Shown here: positions 9,663-21,716 of the stretch, one piece after another | How positions within the stretch are numbered: position 1 is the first letter of the stretch | How the letters are laid out: every line of letters begins with the position of its first letter | Source of the DNA: Rhizaria sp. SCN 62-66 | Taxonomy: Eukaryota | Direction of reading: 5' to 3' | DNA: 44,911 nt | Assembly (NCBI GenBank): GCA_001724265.1 | Contig: MEDY01000050.1 | Coordinates: 62,001-106,911 of the forward strand | The notes under the pieces: model-generated | Database searches by the model: none | Told to the model about the DNA's origin: nothing | What the model saw: only the letters and a program-made list of their open reading frames with translations | Program-made: the position numbers and the translations under genes

Positions 9663-11751
9663 TTACAGACGGGAGACGAGGAGACGGCGCTCGGCGAGAA
9701 GCTCGAACGGAATCTTGTCCGCGAGCTCGAGGAACAACTTCTCGTGGTTCATCGCCGTCTTGAACTTGAGGCCTTTGCCATCGACCTTCATGAGCGTGTT
9801 GAACTGCTCCTCGGTGTAGTTGAGCCCGCGCCAGTCAAGGTCGGTGTAGCGCGGCACGGTGCCGATGGCAGTCTCGACGCCGCCGGCCTCACCGTTGGCG
9901 CGCTCGACCATCCAGCGCAGGACACGGGAGTTCTGCGTGAAGCCGGGCCAGAGGAACTTGCCCGTCTTGGGGTCCTTGCGGAACCAGTTGACGTGGAAGA
10001 CGAGCGGCTTGTGCTTGAGCTTGCGGCCGACCTCGAGGTAGTGCTTGAAGTAGTCGCCCATGTGGTAGCCGCAGAAGGGGATCATGGCGAACGGGTCGTT
10101 GCGCAGCGAGCCCTCAGCGAGGTCCGACGCGGCCGAGGTGACCTCGGAGGCGATGGTGGCACCGGTGTAGACGCCGTGCTGCCAGTTGAAGGTCTGGAAC
10201 ACGAGCGGGATGTCGGTCATGCGGCGGCCGCCGTAGATGAAGACGGAGATCGGGACGCCCTTAGGGTCGTTCCACTTCTCATCGAGCACGGGGCAGTTCT
10301 GGATCGGCGCCGTGAAGCGCGAGTTGGGGTGCGCGGCGAGACGGCCGCAGTTCTTGGTCCAGGGCTGGCCCTTCCAGTCAATGAGCTTCTCGGGCACAGG
10401 GCCGTCGATGCCCTCCCACCACACGTCACCGTCCTCGGTGAGCGCGACGTTGGTGAAGATGGTGTTGCGCGTGCACGAGTCCATCGCGGAAGGGTTGGTG
10501 TCGTAAGACGTGCCGGGGGCGACGCCGAAGAAGCCGTTCTCGGGGTTGATGGCGTAGAGCTTGCCGTCGGCCGCGGGCTTGAGCCAGGCGATGTCGTCGC
10601 CGATGGTGGTGATCTTCCACCCCTTCATGTCCTCGGGGGCCTTCATCATGGCGAAGTTGGTCTTGCCGCACTGGGACGGGAAGGCGCCGGTGACGTACGT
10701 CTTGCGGCCCGTGGGGTCCTGCATGCCGAGGATGAGCATGTGCTCAGCGAGCCAGCCCTCGTCGCGGCCCTGCACCGACGCGATGCGCAGCGCGAGGCAC
10801 TTCTTCGACAGCAGCGCGTTGCCGCCGTAGCCGGAGCCGTACGAGACAATCTCGCGCGTCTCGGGGAAGTGCGACACGTAGATGTTGTCGCAGTCGCACG
10901 GCCAGGCGACGTCCTTGACCTTAGTGCCGTCAGCCTTGATGAGAGGCATGCCGACGGAGTGGAGGCAGGGAACGAACTCGCCGTCGTTGCCCATCGCGGC
11001 CAGCACGCCGGGGCCCATGCGCGCCATGATGCGGAGGTTCACGACGGCGTAGGCGGAGTCGGTGATCTGGATGCCGATCTTGGCGATGTCGGAGCCGATG
11101 GGGCCCATGGAGAAGGGCACGACGTACATGGTGCGGCCACGGTACACGCCGTTGAAGGTCTTAGCGATGTGCGCGCGCATCTTGGAGGGCTCGTACCAGT
11201 TGTTGGTGGGGCCGCAGTCGGACTCGCGCTCGGAGCAGATGTACGTCACGTTCTCACGGCGGGCCACGTCGGCGGGGTGGGAGCGGTAGAGGTACGAGTT
11301 GGGGCGCTTCTTCTCGTTGAGCTTGATGGCCTGGCCGCTGGCAACCATCTCGGCGAAAAGGCGGGCAGCCTCCTCCTCACTGCCATCGCACCTGTGGGAC
11401 AAAAGAAACGGCGCAGTTCAAGAGCGGTTGGGATCGGGAAAAAGAGCGGAAGGGTGAGTGAGGGGGGTGATGACGCAAGAGAATTGAACCGACTACGTCG
11501 GGTAAGACACAAGACACAAGCGTGGAGATACAAGGGAAACGAAAAAAGATTCAGTTAAGTTCGTTAACGTCGGCTATGAGGAGCCGAAACGCTGCTGGAA
11601 CAGTGCATATGGGGCAAAGTAAGGAATTCGAGGGAGCATCGGTCGGGGTTCAGATATCAGCGTACCAGACGATCTTGTCGGGGCAGGTGAGCTTGGCGAC
11701 CTCTTCAACCCAAGCGAGGGCACGGGCGTGCTTGGTGGGAACAGCAGACAT
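9663..11751 (-). CDS. pckG: Phosphoenolpyruvate carboxykinase (GTP-dependent); exons 11751-11666 and 11391-9663, 604 aa
   Basis: Spliced N-terminus [36 protein letters not shown]. Family motifs [38 protein letters not shown] (P-loop), [38 protein letters not shown]. Confidence 0.97.
11392..11665 (-). other. Spliceosomal intron, 274 nt, phase 2
   Basis: TG|GTACGC ... CCCACAG|G restores the conserved W-C-D-G-S. Confidence 0.92.
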
Positions 11752-12513
11752 CTGTTAAAGCAAGAGAGAAATGAGTGCGGTGTGAGTGAAGAACAAAAAC
11801 ATCGGGAAATCGGACCACGTGGGACCATGAAGGTCAGTCTCGGACCTCGTTTTGCATCTTTCCAGATAAGCCAACAATTTCGCATGGCACGCGCGAAATG
11901 AAATAGAGTTTCAGATATACCATATCATGTAAACCATAAAAGCAATATACGTGTCCTTGCGCGTTGCGACTGAACACCAGTGAACACATTCGCCAGATTT
12001 CCTCTGACGACTCAATTTCTCTCGGCTGACTGGGCCGACTGCCACTCAAAAAGTTTAGCCGCATCCGAGAACCAGAAATGCAGACATAGCGCTCGACAAA
12101 CGTTATACTGTACATTATAAATGCATATTCTCTATTTTGTCGGCAATGGTGCATAAAATCTCAACATGCTCAATCAAATGACTTTACAGATACTGCGCTA
12201 TGCTTTAGAATGCAGTGGGATCCAGTGTCATTTGAACAGTGCAAATCTCGCGAAGGAGGAATATTGATAAGTATTATCATTTGCTTTTGTATTTTTCGAT
12301 TTTCAACTATTTCTGGCCTGCCCAGACTATTTACAATACAACAACTATTATTACCAAAGCCTCTCATCTTGACCACTATCCACACGATAGTGCCCGATTG
12401 CAGTGAGTGCCATTCAAACGGCTCTCAAATACTTCACGTTAAGCTTACATTAATAGCGGCCAACACTGGAGATTCTCAGAGATGTTGCCTCACACTAACA
12501 ATTGTTATTTTCT

Positions 12514-15500
12514 TCACCGACCCTTGCCACGGGGCTCAGTCTTGACGGAAACCCGCGGGCGCCTCGGCGTCACCGCGTTGACCACAGTGATGTCGTCGTC
12601 CTCAGTGCTCTCCTCGGCGTTGTTATCCTCAGCCGACGCCCGCAGGTTGCGACTGCTGCCGCTGCGACTGCTACCGCGGGCAGCGGCAGCGAGGCCGGCG
12701 CCTTGGCTCTGGGTGCGCGCGAGACTTGCCGCGGAGCCACCGGTGCCCGGCTCGGCCTTGACCCGCGCGTTCCCAGTATTCGTGCCAGTCAGAGTGGCGG
12801 ACCGGCCGACGCGGCGCGTGCTCGGTGCCCCCTCCTCCTCCTCATCCTCGACTTCGGCCTCGGTTTCAGCGTCAGCGTCAGCAGCAGCGGCGACGGCAGC
12901 CGCGCCACGACGGGATGACCGTGCGTCCGCGTTCGCAGCGGCGGCGCCAGCGGCGGTGGAGACGGCGGAGGTCGACCGCTTGAGCGGCGTCACCATCGCG
13001 TTGTTGTTGCCCCCGGCGTTGTTGTGGTCGTCGCTGGCGTCGGGCTCGTAGCGGCGCTTCGCCCGCACGCGCACGCCGTCGTCCTCCGACACGCCCGACA
13101 CGCCGGCTCTGGCACCGCGCGAGGCGACGCTCGCAGTTGCAGCGCTGGCACTGGAGCCAGGATCGGGCTTGATGCGGTGGCCACCAATACGACCGTTGTC
13201 ATTGTTCGCACCAGCAGCAGCAAGAGCAGGAGCAGCGGCAGGAATGTGATCAGCATCATGCGGCGAGCGCTTCATTGCAACATTTGCATCACCAGCGCCA
13301 GCGCCAGCAGCGACGTTGCGGCCAGCAAACGCCTCAGCCTCCGCGGCCGCCCTGGCGGCGGCCTCAGCGGCGCGCGCGGCGGCCTCAGCGGCCTCGGCAG
13401 CCTCAGCGTCGCCCGCGGCGCCTGCCTCAGCGGCGGCGGCGGCGTCTGCGGCCTCCTTGGCCTCCTTCTCCTCGAACTTGCGTAGGTCGTAGAGCAGCTC
13501 GTCGCGCAGCACGTTATCCGTGATGATCTCCTCCAGGTTGCTGCGGAACTGGTGCGCCAGCTGCCGCAGGTATACCATGATGGGCTTGATCAGCGAAGAG
13601 CCCGTGGCGGTAGCGAGCCGCTTGAGCTCGGTGACGATGGGGAAAATAAGCTCCGCCGAGTTCTTGTTGCTGACGGCATTGAGCAGCGTGGCGCGCTTGC
13701 TGTTGACGGCCGCCTCGCCAGCGTCGTCGCCCTCCTCCAGCGCGCTGCCGGGCCGCTGCAGCGAGATCTTAATCTCGGGCGAACACAGCACCGTCAGCGC
13801 GTCGCGCACGACGTCCATCACGGCGCTCTCCTGCTGCGGCGTCATCGGGCCAGCGGCCAGCGCGTTGCGCGCGCGGTGCGCGGCCTCGTGCTCCTTGCGC
13901 TGCTTCTCCTCGAGACTCAGCCGCTTGTTCAGCAGCCCGCCGATCGAGGCCGCAATCGACGCGTGCACCTGAGCGGCTTCGAGGATCGCGCCGACGCCCG
14001 GCAAGGGCAGTTCGCCGGTCACGCACGCGTTGAGGATCTCCTTGACGAGCCCGATCGTGACGAAGAAGCGCTCCTCGGGGGACATCTGCGAGAGCAGGAA
14101 TGAGTATACCTCCATGCGCGCGGGCGCCAGCGCGGGGCCTGACACCGCGAACCGCTGGTCGTCGGCGCGCGCGCGGGCTGTGGCGGCCGTTTGCTCGGCC
14201 AGCGCTAGCGCCGCGGCCGCGGCTCCGCGGCCGCCGGCTGCGGAGGCGGCGGAGAGGCGCTCCTGCGTGAGTGCGGCGTCGTCGGCGTCGGCAATCGCGC
14301 TGTCGTCGGTCGCCGTGAACTGGTTGTACTTGTGGTGCGCGGTGCAGCCGTTGAGGAAGAACACGGTCTCGACGAAGTGGCGGTAGTAGCGCTGCGCGCC
14401 CTTCTGCCGCACGACCGCGGCCACGGTCTGGCGGCCCAGCGCGCGAACGCCCGCGTCGCCGTCAATCGTGGTCGCTAATAGCCGGAAGTAGAGCGAGCCC
14501 TTGAACTTGACGAAGTCCTCCGTGATGAGCTGCGCAAGAACCATGAGCGTGTGGCGGCGGACGAGCACGCTCGCGTCACGCAGACAGCGCGACAGAGCAG
14601 AGATGTGCGGGTCCACAAGTGACGTGTACGTACGACACAGGTCGCAGAGCACGATGAGGATGTTGTTGCGCACAACGGCGTCCCCGGACTCGAGCTCGCT
14701 GATGAAAGTGCCCACCATGCGCTTGGCCAGAGCGCTGTCGGTCAGACATAGCTTGCCCATCGTCGTGAAGGCGTGCGCACGCACGGCCGTGGGCGTCACT
14801 CCGCTGCCGCTTGCAGCCACAGCGGCCACCGCGACGCCGAGCGCATGCTGCCGCAGTTGATCTGCGCTGGCGCCAGCGCCAGCGTTTGAGCTGGCGGCCT
14901 CGGCCTCGGTGAGCCCTGCGACGCGGACGGCGCGGGAAAGCCGCGCCGGCAAGAGCGCCTGGATGAGTGTGATCATGGACAGACTGGGTGTGAAGCGATC
15001 CGACACGAGCGCAACCTCGCCCAGCGCAAACAGCTGCGCGATGACACCGTTCTCGGTGCCGGCGTCGCCGCGGACCACGTACGCCTCGAGCACGGCCGCC
15101 GCGGAGTCGCTGAGGGCCTTTTCCCAGTCCGGCACCTTGACCACAGCGCTCGCGCTGGCCGCAGAGCCGTGGCTGTTATTGTGGTTGTTCTGGTCGATGG
15201 CACATGACAGCGCGTGGAGAGTCTTGATTTGTGCGCCGGTGACGTGGGTCACGCCCGCGCCGCCGACACCGGCCACCTTGCCCTTCCCCTTAGCACCTGC
15301 ACTCGCACTTACAATAGAGGTGCTAGAGCTGAGCTCTCTTTGCTGTGAGTTGGCGATGGCGCCGGTGAGCTCCGCGAACACGCTGTTGAGCGCTGCCACG
15401 GCGGGCTCCGTCGCGACGCCGATGCGCGCGTTCGCGGCGGGCAGCCCCGGGGTGGGGAATGCGCGCCGCATGGCGCTCTCCAGCCCCTGCGGGCGCGGTC

Positions 15501-18500
15501 GGCCGACGCAGACGAAAGCCGAGGCAACGTTGGCGAGCGTGCGGAGCACACGCGCGTAGTGGTCGTACACGTCGTCGCGCGTGGGCAGCTGCACGGGCAG
15601 CACGGCGCCTGTCCCGCCCGCCGCGCGCGCGCTCAGCGCGGCCGACGCGGCGCGCGCGGCGGCGAACGGCGACGCCAGCTGCGTCCCGCCGAGGCTCGCG
15701 CGCCGCTGCGCGAGGGCCGCGGGGCGCTCGATGGTGTACGGCAGCGAGCGGACGAGCGCCTGCGCGCGCGCGAAAGCCGCGAGGGCAACGTCGCCGCGCA
15801 GCAGGTGCGGCGCGTGGGCAGAGAACTCCTCGGCGACGAGCCAGAAGCCGCGCTCAATGGACGAGTCGGCGACGGAGTTGACTGCGCCGGCCAGGTGCGC
15901 AACCACGGCGGCAGAGGAGGGGTCCGTGATGCGCGCGCACGTGAGCGCGACGCAGCGCTGAAGGTGGTACGTCACTTCGGTGTCGCGGAGGTCGAGCAGC
16001 GCCCAAATGGCGGCGCGCGCTCTCGGGTTGATGCCGTTGCCGTTGCTGCCGATGGAGGCGCCGGCGCTGTCGCTGGCGTTGGGGTCCGGGGACTGGGCGA
16101 GCTCGGTCTTCATGGCGCGGACGGCGGTGGTGGAGGCGACGGACTCGTCGGCCTCAATCTCTGCAGGGCCATCATTGTTATCGTCGGAGTCGTCGTGGTT
16201 GTTCTTGTCAGAGTCATCGTCGTCGTCGTCGTCGTCTTGCATGGCCTTGCGGGCCGCCTTGGCCCTGACGCCGTCGCCGCGCTTGCGGCCCGCATTCTTG
16301 ACGCTAACCAGTGCGTTGGCCGCCTTGGCCGCGCGCGCGGCGTCGTCGCGGGCACTGGTGCATAGGGGTTCGAACAGCACGGCGCGGACCAACCCCAGCG
16401 CCTTCTCTGAGACGGCGGCGTCCTGGTCCGCCGTCAGCGGCAGCACGGCGCCCAGCCAAATCTGCTGCACGCGCGGGTCCGACTGGTGCCGCTGCAGCAA
16501 GGCGGTCATGCTGTCGAGCGCCTGGCGCTGCACCTGGCTCGAACTGTCGCGGCAGCCGTCGAAGAGCACGTGCAGGTCGTCAGCCGAGAGGAACTGCAGC
16601 GCCGCAAAGGGCTTACGCGCGCTAAGCGGGCCAGAGAGCAGGCTGGGGGACTGGGCGAAGCGGCCGGTCAGACTGTGGTTGTGGCGGTCGTCGCGGGTGT
16701 CGTCGGCGCCCAGCAGCAGCGCCTCCATCGCCTGAAGTTCACAAAAGATACAAGGTAAATGTTAAAGATTTAAAAGACAAGTAATAAGTTAGAAAAATAA
16801 TAAAGATTATAACATAATGTTATTATTTGTTGTTAAACTGAAAACAAATTAGCGATATATCACTTGTTTTGTAAAACGCACCTGGATGGCCGCCCTGCGA
16901 ACGTTTGACTTAGGGTCGGCGGCGCGGCGGCGGAGCACACGCAGCAGCTTCTGCACGCCGCGCGAGCGCGGGTGGAACGGGGACCCGGGCGCTGCGGCCG
17001 CGCTGCCGTTGAGCTTGCGCATGCGCGCGGCCTGCGCGGGCGTGGTCGGGAGTGGGGAGTGGAACACCTGGGCCTGACTGACGACGCCGCCCTCCTCGTC
17101 CTCGTTGTTCCCAGGCCCATGTGCGCTGGTGCTGGCAGAGGAGTAAGAGCGGGCCTTAGCCGGGGTGACGCCGCCGGGACTCATCGGCGAGCCATTGTTG
17201 CTCATGTTGTTGTTAGCGTTGTGCATAGTACGGTCCAGGTCCACGTCGGGATCAGCGTCGCCCTCCCCGGCGGCAGCGCCGACGCAGTTGAAGATGCTGT
17301 GGAACTGGCGCCGCAGAGTGTCGTTGGCGGGGTCCGCGCACATGCGGATGCACTCGGCCAGGTGTGACAGCGCGCGCGCGCGGACGCCGGGCGCGCGGTC
17401 ACTCGCACGGTCCAAAAGCACCGTCAAGAGGTCCTGGATGGGCAGGATCAGGTGGTCATTGTTGCTTTCATCACTGTCGTCATCACCGTCGTTGCTGAGA
17501 ACGTTGGCGCGCTTGCGGCTGTTTTTCTGGATCACCCTAGACTCGTCAACTTCCTCGTTATCGTCATCGTCGTCGCTGTTGACAACGAAGTCGTCGAGAT
17601 CCTTGCTGCCCTTCGCCTTGCCCTTGCCCTTGGCAGCAGCGCGCTTAGACCGCGAGCCAGTGGCTGCGGCACTGGTGTCACCGTCGCCGTTGTGCTGCTT
17701 GTTGCCTAGCAAGTCGGGGCAGGTGAGCATCGCCAGCGCCATCTCGACAGCCTGTATAGTAAGACAAAACAGATTGAGATAGATGCATTTTTGTGAGAAA
17801 ACAAACTTACATATAAAAATGAGCAAGCTATACAGTATAGTTATAAAGTAACACATTGCAGTTTCATATTGAGCTATAGAAATGGTTTTAAGCGAAATGC
17901 GGAAAAGAGCCCGTACCTGGTTGCGGAGGATGAGGCGCTTGTGGCGCGCCATGAGCTTGACGAACCGCGTGACCGAGCTCAGCGCCGAAGGGAACGCGGT
18001 CAGCAGCACGGCCAGCGCGGCGGCGGCCAACTGGCGCAGGTTCGCCTTGTCGCGCGATCGCCCGCACACGTGCTGGAGAAACGTCGCCATCGACTGGTGC
18101 ACGGTGACGCCGACGATGGCGCGCCACTCGGCGACGGCCTCACGGCGGCGCGCGCGCGCCGAGTCGCCCGCGGCGCCCCACAGCGGCAGCCCGTCGGGAC
18201 CAAGCACGCCCGCGTTGGCGGCGCCGGTGGCCCGCAACAGCTGCTGCTGCTGGTCGTCGGCGTCGACGTTGCCGGGCTCGTTCTTGACGGCAGCGTTGCC
18301 GTCACCGTTCGCATTCGCGGCGGCGGCAGCAGCGGCGGCGTCTGCGGCGGCGGCGGCCTCGGCGGGGTTGGGAGCACTGGCGGCGGCGGCGGTCTGCAGC
18401 GAGACGGCCTTGGCCAGCGCGACCGCTGCCTCGGCGTCGGCCTCCTTGGCCTCGTCGAACTGCAGTGTCAGTGACGCCAGCGCCGCCAGCGCCTCCTCGG

Positions 18501-20872
18501 CCTGCGCCAACTCGGCGCGGGCATCCCGCACGCGCGCGCTCTCGGGCTGCTGCCGCTGCTGCCGGCCCTCAGCGTTGTCGTCGTCGTTGTCCGAGTCAGC
18601 GGCGGCGTTGCGGTTGTTGCGCCCCCGGCCGCGGTTGCGACTGCGCGCGCGGTCGTCTGCGTCTTCTTCGTCGTGCGCAATCGCCATCTCGAGCGCATCG
18701 CGCGCGCGCAGCACAGCCGCGCCGCGCTCGTCGAGCGCCTCCTGCATGCGCGCGCGCTGCCGAGCGCGGTCCGCCGCCGAGAGTGCCGCGAAGGTTGTGA
18801 TGAGCGCGATGGCCTGATCGCGCGCTGCGAGCGCGAACTTGGGCACCACGGGCGCCAACTCCAGGTACGACAGCAGCACGTTCGGCAGCAGCGCCTTAAG
18901 GCACACGGCGAGTCCCTGCGCGCCCGGCGCGTGGCGGTCGAGCGCGGCGAGCGACCGAAGGGCGGCCAGCGCGGCGGCGGCGGCACGCGCGAAGTGCGCC
19001 GGGCGGTGCGGCGGGGACGGCAGCGCGTCGGCGGCGGCAGACACGCGGGCGACCTCGGCGAGCGTCTCTGCCAGGTTGGGCAAGGTCTCAGGGACGCCGG
19101 AGAGGGAGACCCAGTGGCCCTGGGCCACGGCGCCACCGGTGCCGTCATTGTGATCGTCGTCGTTGTCATTCTCGCCGAGGACATCTTCGTCGTCGCTGGC
19201 GGCGTGGTCGCTCTCATCGCTGTCGTCGTTGTCGTCGTCTTTCATGTCTTCCTGCTTGGGCTTGATGCTGCCCTTGCTCTTGGACCCCTTAGCGGAGCGA
19301 GACGCCTTCTTAGCAGGCTTCGACTGCTTAGCGTGTGACTGTCTGGGAGGAGTCACCAGAGCAGCGATGCTGATCATACAGGCGCAGGCCGACGCGGCAA
19401 CCGCGGGTTCACGGAGCCAAGTCTTGCTGGCGGAGGCCGCGGCGCGCTCCTCGGCTTCGGCGGCGGCGAAAGGGTTTGCCTAGAGTGCAGGCAGCGGTAG
19501 CAATGAGAAACGATGGGATCATAAAGTTAGAGGCGTGAATTTGGTGGCATATGTTTAGTTTTAGAAAAATAGCATCGAATAAACAAACTATATTTAAATA
19601 TTTAAGTTTTACAACCAAAAACTATCAAATCGATGTTATTTAGTGCAATATATGAACGTACCTCTTCCTCCTCTTCATCGTGTTCCTCAGCAGCAGCACC
19701 TGCAGTAGCGCTCGCACTAGCACTAGAGCTACTGTTCTCGTCATCATCGTCGTCGCCCGCGGCGGATTTGCCGCCACGCTTGCTCGCCCTCTGCGCGCGC
19801 GCCGCGGCGGCGTCTTCGCTGCTCTTGACTGCGGCGGCAGTGGCGGCGGCGGCCTTGTTACTCTCGCCATCGAGGAAGGTCTGGGCGGCTTTGCCGCGGC
19901 GCTTTCCGACCGAGGTGGCGGCGTCGCACGCCTCCTGGGCCCACACGCGGAGGCGAAAGAGCGCCACGCGGAGGTGCATAGGCTGCAGCACACCTGAGTT
20001 GCCCGGCAGGCGCAGCAGCAGGCAGTAGCACTCGCACGCCACGAACACGGCCTAAATGCCGGCATAAATCATTACAAGTGATTTGATCAGATATGTGTTA
20101 GAATCATATAATAAAATTATAAGGAATTAATATAAAGCAAACAATACATATGATACCTTAGCTTTGCGTTAGATCAAGAAGATCTGGCCCGAGTAGATCG
20201 TGTTTTGTTAGCGCGCATGACGTACCTCGCCGGGCACGGCGGACGAGTGGAAGGTGAGATACAGCAGCGACACAAGCGCAGGAACAGAGACTTGCGCGTC
20301 TGCCAGCGAGCCCCAAAACGGGGACGGCAGCACGCCCACGTCGCTGTTGCCCGCTGCCGCACCAGCGCGAGCAGAAGCTGACGCGGAGGAGCTGTGAATG
20401 GGAATGTGATTGTGGGCGTTACGGTTGGCGGCGGCCTGCGCGGCGGTGGCGGCATCGAGCCAGCGCGTCAGGAGCGCCGCCAGCGCGCGGTAGTCGGCCA
20501 CCGTCAGGCCCTTAAGGGCGGACATGGCGCGGAGTCGCTCGTCCGCGTCTGTGCACGCACACGGGGGAGCGGTGAGGCATTAGATAAGATTGGTTGTGAG
20601 CTGAGCAGTTGTCGCAACAGAATGATGCGCAGCAAAGGAGAGCAGAGAATGGTTCAAGAGAGACCAGCGGGAATAGAAAGAAAAGAAGGCATTCTAAATG
20701 GGAGCAGGTAACAGGTTTTGTTTGAGAGCGATATAGACGGACCATTGTCGATGGTTGTGTCCATGACTGCGGGGAGAGTGCCAGTCGCGGCGAGCGCCTG
20801 CAAGGCCAGCGCTAGGGGCTGGCCCTCGGACGCCGCAAGCAAACCGACGGTGTCGGCGTCAAGCGAGCCCAT
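12514..20872 (-). CDS. NCAPD3: Condensin II HEAT-repeat subunit CAP-D3; exons 20872-20743, 20548-20226, 20051-19662, 19479-17917, 17751-16882, 16731-12514; ~2,497 aa
   Basis: The block VRAHAFTTMGKLCL...VRNNILIVLCDLCRTYTSLVD...CLRD...VRRHTLMVLAQLITEDFVKFKGSLYFR is diagnostic of CAP-D3 (Cnd1 domain). Also RASDRAPGVRARAL and RAADPKSNVRRAAIQ HEAT repeats. All five junctions are GT-AG and keep the frame. Start codon less certain. Confidence 0.92.
16732..16881 (-). other. Spliceosomal intron, 150 nt (3n, contains stop)
   Basis: CAG|GTGCGT ... CTTCAG|GCG, very AT-rich. Confidence 0.9.
17752..17916 (-). other. Spliceosomal intron, 165 nt (3n, no in-frame stop)
   Basis: CAG|GTACGG ... TATACAG|GCT. 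AT-rich island read through by the 842-aa ORF. Confidence 0.88.
19480..19661 (-). other. Spliceosomal intron, 182 nt
   Basis: GAG|GTACGT ... CTCTAG|GCA joins two exon frames. Confidence 0.88.
20052..20225 (-). other. Spliceosomal intron, 174 nt (3n, contains stop)
   Basis: GAG|GTACGT ... TTTAG|GCC. Confidence 0.88.
20549..20742 (-). other. Spliceosomal intron, 194 nt, phase 1
   Basis: AATG|GTCCGT ... GCACAG|AC keeps the frame (N-D-A-D-E-R). Confidence 0.75.
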
Positions 20873-21716
20873 CGGCACCTGTATTGACAATGACGCGGCG
20901 GTGAAGAGAAATGTTAGTGAGGCAGCGGAGAGCGTGAGGGGCGAGGTTCGATGGGCGGGCAGAGACGTGTGAGAGGATTGAAAATGACTGGTACACGCAT
21001 AGTCGCTCTGTAAGCACCAAAATAGATCGCAAAAGTAATAAGATCACTGAATATAATTTCATTAAATGCCTTTGATATTTAAATTGACGGAGATCGCGCT
21101 CTTGTGCGACTCCTAAAATGTTGCTAGCCCGACTCATTGCTTTGCGACCCGTTGAGACTTTGAGCTCGGTCATTGTCACGTTGGACTCGGAGACTGTGAG
21201 CAGCCAGTTCAAAAAATCTAAGCCGGACCGGCCAGCCGGCCTGGTGTCAACGACTGGTGGTGGCAGATTGAAGGCTTTCGAGCAAGGGCTTAACCGCTCT
21301 TGGCTAACCGTGTTGTGGGAATCCAACCACTGCTGTAGGATTCATATGAGATATACGATGTATTTTGTTGTTTATAAGCTCAAAGGCAGACATCCTTATG
21401 AAGATATGCGATGCTTTGACAGTGGCAAAGGGAGCCTCTTCGTCGTGTCCCCTTTCACAACAAATAACACCCTCTGTCTGCTGTTTCCTCTCCTTGATAC
21501 GAAACGCTGCGTGACAATCTAAGCCCAAACACGCATTTTACTTCTTAATCCTCCTGCAAATTCCTATTTCACAATGTCTTATACCCAGATATCTCACTGT
21601 AAATTTTGACCACCTGTCCATATCTTCTCGACTTTCTCGCCCTCGTCCCTAGTTCTCACCCCCCCACACCACCACAGCCCCCTTTCACCCCCCACTTAAG
21701 CTTCTTGTGCTCACTA

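Noticed and set aside
9744..11558. 604-aa ORF antisense to PEPCK
   Set aside because: Shadow ORF expected from strong G/C-ending codon bias on the coding strand; no recognisable protein features.
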